DNA of 64,000 bases from Squalus acanthias (lineage: Eukaryota): contig CM059443.1 of assembly GCA_030390025.1 (NCBI GenBank), positions 15,934,001-15,998,000 on the forward strand, given 5' to 3'. Below, one piece after another: positions 1 to 12,600 of this stretch. Made by a program: the position numbers and the translations under genes. Numbering within the stretch: the stretch's first letter is position 1; every line of letters begins with the position of its first letter. The notes beneath the pieces were generated by a model. The model was not told the origin of the DNA and made no database searches. It saw only the letters and a list, made by a program, of their open reading frames with translations.

Positions 1-1732
1 TGAAACAAGAGACACCAATCCACAGCCAAGTTCTAAGCAAGATAAAAACATGGGACCAGAAGAAATTCCCACTGAACCACCTTAGCAGGCAGCAAAAGCC
101 ATATGGCTAGCTTTCAGTGGCCAAACCTTCACCTAAGTGTCCAATGCATTAACAGTCCTCCACTTGCGCAGAATACAGTCACCAAATGTACCCTCACCAA
201 CACTGCCTCTGCACTAACTGGCCTGCAATGGCTCATTTTATGTTACAATCTTGTTTTATATTATCCCAAGAAAACTGTCTGGCTACAGTTGATATAAAAT
301 GCAAATATACTACCGTAACCTGTACATTCCTCGTTATTGGCCTGTTACTTTCCACTTGGTGACAATATTTGTCACATGCATTCTAGAACCTATCCCTACT
401 GCTGCTTCTGGGTATTGTCCCAGAGACAGGAGTAAGTGAGGTGGCTTGCAGATGAGTGTTTGCAAGTCTTTTGGGATTGAAGTGTCCCTATTCACCTTTT
501 CATGTGCTAATAAGTCCTGCAAGCAGAGTAGTCTTGAGATGTTGGTACTTTGAAGAGCAAATGGACCAGTTACAGGCAAGTAACCACCCTGTATTGCAGC
601 ATGTGTACAAATAAATGAACATGTATCAGGTTAGTTTTGATAGACTTGCTTTTTTGGACATTTTTCCAATTGTAACAAGGTGAATTTGCCCACTTACTTG
701 ATACAGTGCAATACTGGCTAGCCTTACCGTGGCAGACTTCCTGAGACTATCAGCCTTTTCATCATCTGTTTCCAGGTGCTCTTGATTGTTGGGAGATTTA
801 AATTTACCCTGACAACCATATCCTGTTACACAGCTAGCATATTCTCAGAGGAGAATGCCATGTGAAGCCAAAGGCAGCAAACCTCCTTTGCTTCACTTTT
901 TCGAACAGGACTTCCAAGCATTCAAAGAATGAAGCAGAAATGCTCCTTTCCAGCACTTATTTCTTCTCCTCTGCCAGCACCAGAAGTCTACCGTTTAAAT
1001 AGCAACTGCAGCCTTTAAGTATTGCAGATGCAGACTATACGGCCTTCTTCCTACTCAGTGAACTGCTACAAGCAGACCCAGTCCTGATTTGGATCTTGTC
1101 ATGAATATGTAATGAGGCCAATCTCAGGAAATCCCTTGATTCATTATCATCTGTGCTTCTATCACCTCTTGCAATATCCCATCCCCTCTTAACACATGCC
1201 CAATCCAATTAATTTGTGTTTTTCTGATATCAAACTGCATTCTTATATTGCCAACAGCTTATTACTTTTCTTATCTATCCACTGCTCCAAAACCCCATCG
1301 CAAAGCTCTCTAGAAGTCTGACCTCCTCTTTCCTCAGCATGTCCATGTTTCAGCACCATCAAACTCTTCACCAATCTTCTGTTCATTTGTCGAGTCAATA
1401 TCCTTCCTTCTATTTAAAGCAACTTTTCCCATTATAATTCTAGTTCTCACCTCCTTGTCACATCTACCACCTTCAGTCATTAAACTGCCCAGATATTTAA
1501 ATTGTTACACCTGATCCAACTTTATTAAAATGCTCACTCTTTCACCTGTATTTCGAGAAACCTTCATAACTTTGGCCTTGCCCACTTTGATCTTCATTTC
1601 ATAACCCATTACTGCAGCATTCAGGCTATCTACAACTGTAGTAGTCATGGTACTTTCTAGAAGGCTTTGTCATCAGCAAATTTGACAGCTTTCACTAACT
1701 GACCGCCAATGTTCACTCTTACCTCTATTTAC

Positions 1733-2695
1733 TATATAGGAACATGAGTAAGCCATTCAGCTCCCCCCCAGCCTGTTCCGCCATTCAATGAGATCATAGC
1801 TGATCTGTATCCTAACTCCACCCACCAATCTTGCTCCATATCCCTTTATACCCTTGGCTAGTAAAAATCTATCGATCTCAGATTTAAATTATTAATTGAG
1901 CTGGCATCTACTGCTTTTTGTGGGAGAGAGTTTCACACTTCTACCAACCTTTGCATGAAGAAGTGTTTCCTAACTTCTCTCCTGAATGGCCTGGCTCTGA
2001 TTTTAAAGTTACATCCCCTTGTCCTAGACTCCCCCACCAGCAGAAAAAGTACTATCTACACTATCAATTTCTTTGAAAATCCTAAAAACCTCAATCAAAT
2101 CACCCCTTAACCTTCTATATTCCAGGGAAATACAAGCCTAGTTTATGTAATCTCTCCTCTTAAACTAACCCTTGGAGTCCTGGTAAAATTCTGATGAATC
2201 TGCGTTGTACTCCTTCCAAGGCCAATATATCATTTCTAAGATGCGATGCCCAGAACTGTGGTCTAACCAGAGCTTTCTATAGATATAGCAAAACTTCCTC
2301 CCTTTTATATTCTAGCCCTCTAGTTATAAAGGCTAACATTCCATTAGCCTTTTTGATTATTTTTTGTACCTGACTACATTTTAGTGATCTGTGTACATGG
2401 ACCCCTAAATCTCTTTGGAGCGCCACTGTTGTTAACTTTTCACCATTTAAATAATACTCGGATCGATCCTTTTTTGGTCCAAAATGGATGACCTCACACT
2501 TACCTGTGTTGAAATCTATCTGTCACAGTTTTGCCCACTCACTTAATGTTTCTTTGTAATTTTATGCTCCCATCTTAACTACTTACTCTACTACCAATCT
2601 TTGTGTCATCCGCAGACTTGGATATATGACTCTCTATTGTGCTAAGTCATTAATAAATATAGTGAATAGTTGAGGCCCAGCACAGATCCTTGAAC
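1733..2695 (-). mobile_element. CR1 LINE 3' fragment (decayed)
   Basis: Same 3' end motif (gccattcaatgagatcatagctgatc) and RT C-terminal sequence as the copy at 35930. Confidence 0.8.
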
Positions 2696-2699
2696 ACCA

Positions 2700-3915
2700 T
2701 GCATATACATGTAAATGACCTGGATTTAGGAATTGAGGGAAAGATATTGGAATCTGCTGACACCAAATTGTGGTATGACAAATCATGATAATGATTGTGA
2801 CGGAACGCAGGACATAGGTAGGCTATCAAAATGGGTAGCTAGTTGGCAGATGCAGCTCAATGTGGAAAAATGTTAAGTAATGCATTTGGAAGTAAGAACA
2901 GGGAAAATAAATACATTTAAATGGTAAGATTTTAGAGTAGAGGTGCAAATAGATAGGCCATTAAAGATGTCACCACAAATAGGTAAGGTTATAAAGAGGC
3001 TAGCAGAATCCCTTGTTTTTTTTTTAATCTAGAAGTACCGAATACAAAAGCATGGAGGTAATGTTGAACTTGTACAAGACCTTAGTTAAGTCACAGTTGG
3101 AGTATTGTATATAGTTTTGGGCACCTCATTACAGGAAACTCTCTTTTAACCGGCACCCAAATAACCGGAAATCTCTCTTAACCGGCAAAATTCTTGAGTA
3201 GGTAACCGGGGTTTTCCTTCATCTCTCCTTTAAAAATAACTTTAAAAAAACCCCCGAGGCGTTTGCCTTGTATCGGAGCATGTAGATTGGGAGGGGAATG
3301 TGCAGCCCGGGTAGGCAGCGGACACGACAGATGGTCAGCTGGCGGTCCCCGGGGAGACGGAGCTCCGAATGCAGGCGCATGTCAGTGTGTACGGGGCTCT
3401 CGTACGTTGGGAGATATAACTCTCCATTATCCGGACTTTTTGATTAACCGGCACCACGCCGGTCCCGGTTAATAAAGAGTTTCCTGTATAAGGATATAAA
3501 GCAAAGGAAAAGATTCACTAGGAATGAGGGTGTTAGTTATGAACAAAGAAGTTAGATCTTTTTTCACTAGATTTGAGGAGGTTAAGAGGTGACCTTTTAG
3601 AGATCTTCAAGATTTTGCTAAGTCAGATTGATTCCGCTGATCGGCGAGACAATAACAAGATGATATAAATTTAAGATAATACAAAAAGAATTATAAGGGA
3701 GTTAAAAAAAAATCTTTAGAGTGGTTAGAATGTAAAATTCTCTACGCAAACCACAGTTGAAGCAGATTCTGTAAATTTATTCAAAAGGAAATTAGATTGT
3801 TGGTTGAATATTCAAGGGTATGAGGAGCGAGCAGGGGAGTGGGATTAGACTATTTTACTTGCAGATTAGATGGGTCAAATGGCACGTTTCTATGCTGTAA
3901 CATTGTATGATTCTA
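2700..3915 (+). mobile_element. Old CR1 LINE fragment interrupted by a MITE
   Basis: Remnants of LEYC.QFWAPHY-KDI flank the 3132-3486 insertion. Confidence 0.7.
3132..3486. mobile_element. Tc1/mariner (Tigger/pogo-like) MITE, 355 bp
   Basis: 22-bp TIRs CAGGAAACTCTCTTTTAACCGG and its inverse with 2 mismatches; TA on both sides (3130-31, 3487-88). Confidence 0.85.
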
Positions 3916-3979
3916 AAGGGGGAGGTGCAAAGTGAAAACTAGGGTTTTTTTTAATGCACCACAACTGATCAGGAGTGCA

Positions 3980-4720
3980 ACAGATGATACATTTTGGTAG
4001 GTAGAATGAGGAGAGACCATACACACTAAATGGTACAATTTTAAAGGGCGTGCAAGAATAGAGAGACCTGGGGGTGCTTGTGCACAAATCTTTGAAGGTG
4101 GCAGGACAGGTTAACAAAACAGTTAATAAAGCAAATGGGATCCTGGGCTTTATAAATAGAGGCATAAAGTACAAAAGCCAGGAAGTTATGCTAAACCTAT
4201 ATAAAACACTAGTTCGGCCCCCGCTGGAGTATTGTGTCCAATTCTGGACACCACACTTTAGGAAGGACGTGAAGGCTTTGGAGAGGGTACAGAAGATATT
4301 TACTAGAATGGTTCCAGGGATGAGAGAATTCAGTTACGTGGATAGACTAAAGAAGCTGGGGTTGTTCTCCTTGGAGCAGAGAAGGCGAAGAGGAGATTTG
4401 ATAGAGGTGTTTAAAATCATGAAGGCTTTAGATAGAAATAAAGAGAAATTGGCTCCAATGGTTGAAGGGTCGATAACGAGAGGGCTCAGATTTAAGGTGA
4501 TTGGCAAAAAAACCCGAGGTGACACGAGGAAAAACGTTTTTCCACAACGAGTGGTTAGGATTTGGAATACACTGCCTAATAGGGTAGTAGATACAGATTC
4601 AATAGTAACCTTCAAAAGGGAATTGGATAAATACTTGAAGGAGAAAAAATTGCAGGGATCTGGGGAAAGAACAGCAGAGTGGGACTAACTGGAACACTCT
4701 TCGAAAGAGCCGGGATGGGT
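3980..4720 (+). mobile_element. CR1 LINE 3' fragment (RT C-terminus, ORF 4074..4688)
   Basis: [17 protein letters not shown] and [13 protein letters not shown], the CR1 ORF2 C-terminus. Confidence 0.9.
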
Positions 4721-5354
4721 AAGAACTGAAATTCAACCTATGTATTGTGTTCTGTAGTATAGCTGTCAGTGAAGACCTTTACCATATCCACTTTCCACCT
4801 CGATTATTATATATCTATCCCTGCTGGATGCCTCCCCCACAGCTGGAATAAGACTGGGAACTCACTATTTAGGGAATCACTGGCACCTTATTCACATTGC
4901 CATCACATAGCTGAGGTTTAGAATGACATTTTTACACAAATGCAGCCTTTATTTCATAAGTACCCTTACTCTTCAATTGATGATGCTTTGTATACCATGG
5001 GTAAGATGAGTTGTGAATTTGAGAAAATGAATGCCATTCGCAATGTGAAAGTAATCAGGACTGCAACAAAAATGTAAAAAAATCTATTTTTAGACCAGTT
5101 TCAGGAAAGCTTAATTCTATTTAGGTCAGATTCTATGTATAAATTTAGCATAAGCTAGACTAAACCTTTCCCAATTACTAACAGATACTCCAAGGAACCT
5201 AGTATCATCTGCTAAACCCCACTTTCACAGATTGTGAATACTGCCAAAATGTGCAAGAAAAAAGAGCCTGGCTTCAGACACTCAGTGACATTACTGATTG
5301 TAAAATGGCTAGATTGGCACTCTGGAAACAAAGCTAGTCAAGAGAGATAAAGAG

Positions 5355-6613
5355 CACAACACCCCCACACAACCTATATAACATAAGCAAAGTGTTTTGT
5401 TAAATGTTTAATGTAATTCAGAAATACATTTTGATATAGTAATCTTACACAAACTTTTCAACCACATCAGTAATGATTTCCTCTAGGAGCTAAGGCTTTT
5501 AGCAGAAAGTAACCACTTTCCAGCTCGGTCCTGTTGGGAGGGGGTGGGAGAGGACAGGATGGGTTTTATTCTATTCTTGTTTCAGAACTCTCAACTATTC
5601 AGTGTAAAGAAAGCTACTATCAGTCCAAAAAGGACTAGCTACAGAGACAGAGAAAACACAAACTGACCTACACGGATCCAACCCCAAACTACATGGAGCG
5701 CTTCTGAAGAAATAAACAAAAAAATAAATTGGAGGTTTTTTGTCTTTTTCTTTTTTGAACAAGGAAACATTACATACTAATTGTTTCTGTGCTAAAATTT
5801 AACTATTACATTTCCGCTTCCAAGGCTTGCTGCAAAAGCAAGTAGACAGGTAAAGGGAAAAGCACACTTTAATTTACAGCTCAGTAACCTCCCAGCATCT
5901 CCCTGTGTTTTTTTCCCCAAATTTACCAAAGTTCTTGGTTACTTCAAGAACAAAAACATTAATGTGTACAAAAAAGCCCGAATTGCAGGATTCTGTGAAC
6001 ACACAAGCGTAACTCTTTAAAGAAATAAAAAAAAACAGCACAACACAAATCCCAGTAATAACATTGGAAAAATGAGAAATGGGGGCTCTTTGCCTAAAGT
6101 CCATTGTAAGTCAAAGTCTGTTAATATTACTGCTGCTTTGAGATGCAATCCTGGCAAATTCTCCTCTTCTAAGTTGCAAAATCTGACCTCTGTGCACTCA
6201 TCCGCCAGAACATAAAATGTGTATATGTGTGGGTGTGTGAGAGAGACAGACACTGGTAACTACAACCCAGAACTTCGTGCACACTGGCTGTACTGAATAG
6301 ACAAGTCCCATTGGAAAATTGAAGTGCCTTGCTGAGCTATTCAAGAGACAGAGAGCAAGTTTCACTCATCAATATGATGAGCCTTTGCATCCCAAACTGA
6401 AAATCAGCAGTTTCTCAGTCTACCGGTGTGAAAGCCATTAATTCGGACAAAACACAAGAATAGGAAGGCACAGGCTGCCAGTGAGCTGTGCTGGGCCCAG
6501 TCTGGAGTTCATCTTCAACACTGCCTGAAAAAAAACACTGGTCTGGGGTGTCCACAGAGGTGCCTGCAAGACCCTGGAGCAGAAAACTTGCAAGCGGATT
6601 AGTTCCAATGTCG
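5355..6613 (-). other. Probable RANBP3 3' UTR and polyadenylation region
   Basis: Repeat-free, U-rich on the minus strand. ATTAAA at 5412-5407 is followed by a GU-rich tract (5375-5355). Other AATAAA hexamers at 5570-5565 and 4953-4948. Confidence 0.55.
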
Positions 6614-6657
6614 CTATGTGCTTCCTGTAGTCTGTTTGTCATCTGTGTCACATGGGC
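6614..6657 (-). CDS. RANBP3: RANBP3 last coding exon ([14 protein letters not shown])
   Basis: Acceptor ttccttattgatgcag; TAG at 6616-6614; C-terminus matches RANBP3 QTTGST. Confidence 0.9.
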
Positions 6658-9600
6658 CTGCATCAATAAGGAAACAAGTATTAGTTACTCCACATTGGCT
6701 GTGTTCTGAAAGACCTTTTTTTAAAAATTAGAACCTTAAAATTCCATGATATCAGGTGCGTGTGAGATATCACGCAAAAAATCCAAGGAAAAGATGATCT
6801 AGCACAACAACCATATAAAACAGGCCGCTGGGGTAACCTACTTTTCAAATCTGTTTTCTCAAATGTCTTACAATTAAATTGATTGTTGTATTCCAAAGTG
6901 AAATCAAGTCAAATCTATCAGGCTAGAATGTAGAACAACCATCAATTCATACTCTGATGTGGCAAAATAATCCAAGGACCCGACTCTAGCAGAGCACAGA
7001 ACAGTAATCTATTAATACAAATATCACACAAGTACAAGAAATCTTGGCACTAACAGGTTGGATACAATCATTACAACTTTGTGTTTCAAATTATTGGTTG
7101 AAACAGACTTTGAGAAATAGACTGGGAAATGTTTCAGATAATCAGTGACACTTTTAAAAAGTCCAGAATATTAATCTTGGGGAATTTCAATTACTCAGAT
7201 ATTAATTACGAAACAGCGGAAGAACGAGTAAGAATAAAAAAAGACTTGCAGTTATATATTGCTTTTCACGACCTCAGGACGTCCCAAAGCGCTTCACAGC
7301 GAATGAAGTACTTTTGAAGCGTAGTCACTGTTGTAATGTAGGAAACATGGCAGCCATTTTGAGCACAGCAAGCTCCCATAAACAGCAATGTGATAATGAC
7401 CAGATAATCTGTTTTTTAGTGATGTAGGTTGAGGGATGAATATTGACCAGCACACCAGGGAAAACTCCCCTGCTCTGCTTCGAAATAATGTCATGGAATC
7501 TTTTAAGTCCACCTGAGAGGGCAGACGGGGCCTCGGTTTGTCATCTCATCCGAAAGACGGCACCGCCGACAGTGCAGTACTCCCTCAGTACTGCACTGGA
7601 GTGTCAGCCTGGATTTTGTGCTCAAGTTTCTGGAGTGGCGCTTGAACCCACAACCTTCTGACTCAGAGGCGAGCGTGTTACCACTGAACCACGGCTGACA
7701 CTATGAAAAGTGCCTGTATCTAAAAGGTGGTACAGTATTGATTCCTTATTTTACTTATCAAACAACAAACTTAGTCAGCGGCTATTCTGGATCTAATCTT
7801 TAGCAGCGGATGTTGTATACCTGGATTTCAGGTGGTCAGCACAGAAACATGCCATTTGGCCCATGAGGTCTGCCCTGGTGCTTCACGTGCACTTATTTTA
7901 ATCCCACTCTCCTGCTCACTCCCCAAAACCTTTAACATCACTCTTTTGAAACTACTATCCAATTCACTTTTAAAATAATTAATGTACTCTTCTGTAAAAA
8001 TGATTTGTGGCAGAATTCCACATCTAAACTACCCTTAAAAAAATTTCTTCTAAGCTTCATTTTAATGTTTTTTCTGATTATCTTAAAATTGTGCTCTCTC
8101 ATTATTGTCTTGCCAACCAACGGAGACAATCTATCTCTATAAATAACCCTTCATAATCTTGAATACCTCTATCAGATCAGCCCTTAACCTACTTAGCTTT
8201 AGTGAAAAAGGCCCTAACTTCTCACTGAAGAGGCCATTCATTGCAGCCGCTGAACATCACTGCAGGTGTTCCTTAGGGAAGTGTCCTTTGCCCAACTAAC
8301 TTCAGCTGCTTCAGCAGTGACCTTCCCTTTGTCATAAGGTCAGGAGTAAGGTTGTTCACTGACGCTTCCTCAGTATTCAGCTTCACTCGCAACCCCTCCA
8401 ATAATGAAGCAGCCATGCCAGCCTACAGCAGGGCCTTGATAACATCCAGACTTGGGCTGACAAGTGGCAGGTAACATTCTCGTCACACAAGTGCCAGGTA
8501 ATGACCATTTCCCCATGACCTTCAATCGCACCACCAGCACCAAGTTCCCCACCATAAACTTCTTTTGGGGGGTGTAACCATTGACGCTTAACTGGACCAG
8601 CCATTTCAACATCGTGGTTACAAGAGTGGGGCAGAGGCTGGTTACTCTGGAACGAGTGGCTCACTTCCCATCAACTCAAGGCTCAAGTCAGGTATGTGAT
8701 GGAATTATCACTATTCGCCTGAATGGGTACAGTTGCAGCAACGCTTTGGTATCTCGACACCATCCAACTTAGAGCAGTTTGCTTCATCAGTGCTCCTGCC
8801 ATTGGACTCAATAACCACCCTCCATTACTAAAGAATGGTGGTTATGGTATGTACTATCTACAGGATGCAGTGCAGCAACTCACCAAGGTTACCTCGTCAG
8901 CATCTCCCTCCCCTCCAACCTCTACCATCAAGGACATGAGCAATGTTGCGAGAACACCTCCAGGTTCCTCTCCAAGTCTCTCACTCTCCTGACTTGGACA
9001 TACTGCCATTTCTTCATCGTAGCTGGGTGAATATCCTGGAATTCCCTACCTAACACCATCATGGGAGCACCATCAACACAAGGACTGCAGCGATTCAAGG
9101 AGAAGGTCCACCTCCATTTTCTTGGAATAGCAACTAGGAATAGGCAATAAATGTGGCCCTGCCATCATTATGCATATCCCAAGAACAAATTCAAAAAAGA
9201 CTCAAACTTAAAAAGTGCTGTATATTACCCAGTCATTTTATAACCCCGTATTGAATGCTTGCCTCATTCCTCCGAAGAGCTTATTGAACCGATTCACTTG
9301 AATTCACGGCAGGTGTGGAGAGCCTATTTATATTGCCACTCTAAACTTGCAATCAAACTGCAAATCAAAAGCTAGCTGACAGCTCTACTCACGCCCCCAC
9401 ATTCGTGATATCAGCTGGATGACGTCACCACACTGCACACTGATGTAACTTTGTGCTGGGCACCCAAACTTCATTATTGGTTCTCAAGTGTGACATGGAA
9501 TCTGATTTGTCTCCAAGCTTGCATCAACCTTAGCATCACAGTGAAGTGGAAACTGCTTTGATACTAATGCTGTAGTATAAACTCACTTTTAAGTCTCTGA

Positions 9601-12600
9601 ATGGAGCACAATAATCAGCAGTGCACCTTTCTTTTTTAGTATGCTTCTAGGAATGTTCTCTGCCAACATGCGATTCCCTATCTGATGTAGGAGCGGGCAG
9701 TCACGACCTCAAGGTCTCTGCACCAGAAAGAATCAAGGTAAAAAGTTCTTGCAGACCAGCTAACCTTCCGGCCCTTCTGGCTTCTAAACTATCTTTGTGT
9801 TTCAGTAAACTGTCCAAAGACAGCATCATTCAAGTTGGTCGCTGAGAAGTATCTATGACATTTTATTATGTCTACGGCAATGGATTTCTCTTGTCAGAAA
9901 AAAAACTAGGACAGCCCATGATGAAGCCTTGTATACAAGTCATCTGCCCCCTGCATGTGTGAAGTTCTTAAAGGGATAGTGTCCTTAGATCATTGTTTCT
10001 TCTAGGATGATGCAAGTTCCTACCCTGAGTTGTGGAAAACAAATGAATTAGGATTGATTTTCTATTCAAAAACATTCAAGGATTTTTATTTTACATTAAG
10101 GAAGGTGGAAGACGACAGTTAAGCATAAGTGACATGCTTATACTTTAAATTGAGAATAGCACAGGATCTGCTTGAAGTTCTTTTCCTGCAGTTTCCTTCT
10201 CAAATTAATTGCTCAGCAGACATTATTGTGCTCTCCAACAAATTATGGGCTCAGGAAAACTCATCATTACTTATCACCTAACATCATGCTTACCACTTGC
10301 TGATGTTGCAGGAACAATAACTTCATCGTCATCATCGCTATCTTCCTCATTTGACTGTGTCACCCCCGACTCGGAGGCTATGCATGGAGGTTCTGGTTCC
10401 TGCTCAGAACGACTTCTCAATGCCAAAATACGGTGATGTAGTGCTGCATACAGCTGTCCAGCATCCTTTGAACTGGCCTGTGAGGAACCCAAAAGAGGCA
10501 GAACTTTAGGTTGCATAGCAGCTTTCTTGATTTAAACAACAAAATCTGTAAGAGAGTCAGGGCAATGGCCAGAAAACGGTGTAGTCAAATGATTTATCTG
10601 TTGTCATTTGAGAGTAACATGTAAATTATCATGATTTCTTATTGGTCTCGAGATTATGCCTTGGGATAAAACAGATTACTGTCTCCACTAAAATAGTGGA
10701 GGAAGGAATTTTAGTTTAACTATTAAGCGTTCATATGTTTGCATCCTATGGTGCAATTTTAGTGTCTTTGTGATCATTAAGCTGAGGAGTGGAATCATTT
10801 TCACGCAGTATTAGCATGGAGCATTCCCAGGCCAGGCATACCTGAGTAGATGCAAAGTAAAGTTCCCGTATCAAGCATTCTGAGACAGGTTTAGCATGAA
10901 TTAGGTACATTGTAAATCTCCCTCTGGATTGCCCAACAATATATCTTGTTCTAAGCCTCAAACCACCACCATTTACAGCACTAATATGACATTTCCTTTC
11001 ACCACAAAAATATTATTTGGCCTCTTAATGAGGCCACTAATTTAGTAACTGGGTTGAAATAACCAAACGAATTTTTATCACCTAATGTAAGTATGGTCTT
11101 CCTCAATCTTAGAAAGTGAGTGGCACTAGTAGGGGGAACCTCTGTCAGAATACGGGGCTGACAGAGTGGGGTGCACCCTCGGTGTCGACCTGCTTTTTTC
11201 CTCCTAGGTTCCTTGGTTGGTAGAGCCTGCTCCTCTTTTGCTTTTCCAGTATTTCCTGTTTCCATTTCTACCTGCCTCTGCACCCCACAGTCCCAGTTAT
11301 TCACATGTTTCTGTACCTTTTAACAGTCTTTAATTTCTCTCATAATGCAACCCATTATCTCTTATTAATATCACTGTCGCCATTTAATCATCTACTGTCT
11401 TCCATTAAGCACATTATAGGTCAGTCTACCTCAGTGTGTGTGTATGTGTTTGTGTGCCTGTGCGTCTATATGTGCGTGCGCGCTCGTGTGCCTTTGCGTC
11501 TGTATGTACACGTGCTTCTGTATGTGCACGCGCGCTCGTGTGTTTGTGTGCCTGTGCTTCTGTATGTGTACATGCGTTCGTGTGTGTTTGTGTGCCTGTG
11601 CTTCTGTATGTGTACGTGCGTTCGTGTGTGTTTGTGTGCCTGTGCTTCTGTATGTGTACGTGCGTTCGTGTGTTTGTGTGCCTGTATGCGCACGTGCGCG
11701 TGCTAGAGTGTGTGCTTGTATGTTGTGTTTTTCCCTCCGTCTTCCCACTGTTTTGTTCCTTTTTAAATCCTGTTCTGTTGAATGGTCTGCACCTGAAACG
11801 TTAACTTGTCTGTTCTCTCCACAGACGCTGATTGACCTGCTGAGTGTTTCCAACATTTTCTGTTTTTCTTTCCCCTTTCCTCCATTTGTTTCTCTGTCCT
11901 TTTCCACTCCTGTCTTTCCCTCTGTCCCCTTCCTCTTCTGTCTCTCCCTCTATCCCCTTCTATTTCTATCCGTCTGTCTCTCTACCCTCTTCCCCTTCTG
12001 CCTATCATTAGTTTAATTTGAAGACTCTGAAGCATGGCAATGGATTTCTGTGCATCAGACACCCAGCTGATTATAAAAAAAAGACTGAAGTTTGAGTTCT
12101 TATAATGATGAAGCACTACTGAGAGACATACCGATATGAGAAAGACTTTGACACCCTGGTCCTCGGCATCCATAGCTGTGATTCGAATACTCTTCTCACT
12201 GGCTTTATCAATTTGCATCTGGGCCCAGAGTTTGGTGTTAAGAATCAATCGAAGGCTGCCCTGAGTCCGCATCACTGCAACAAAGCAAGAAAAAGCACTG
12301 AAGGTATAAAGTCAATGTTGTAGCAAGCATTCATTGTTATATAACTATTAAAGCATTTTAAACAGCTGATAAGAGTGAAACAAATATTTATAATTCACCG
12401 ACGATGATAACTTATCACGTGTTTTGCAGATTGGCCTTAGCCAGCAAAATTACAACTAGGTATTTCACACTATTATGACCTGCAACAGTGAAGAGTGAAA
12501 GGGTCGATTACTTAGTGTAGATATCATCTTCCTCATACTTTGGATGGAGTTGTACTTCACTCAGTGGGAACTCAAAACCAGTAAAGAGACAGCCTCCTGG

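Noticed and set aside
334-579. 81-aa ORF near the window start
   Set aside because: No recognisable domain or splice context; probably decayed repeat.
10274-10293. Read-through stop giving an alternative C-terminus GKHDVR*
   Set aside because: A good donor at 10294 and a conserved downstream last exon explain the structure; no evidence for intron retention.
11305-12016. Overlapping 75-192 aa ORFs rich in C/V or H/T
   Set aside because: They are translations of the GT minisatellite and adjacent CT-rich low-complexity DNA.
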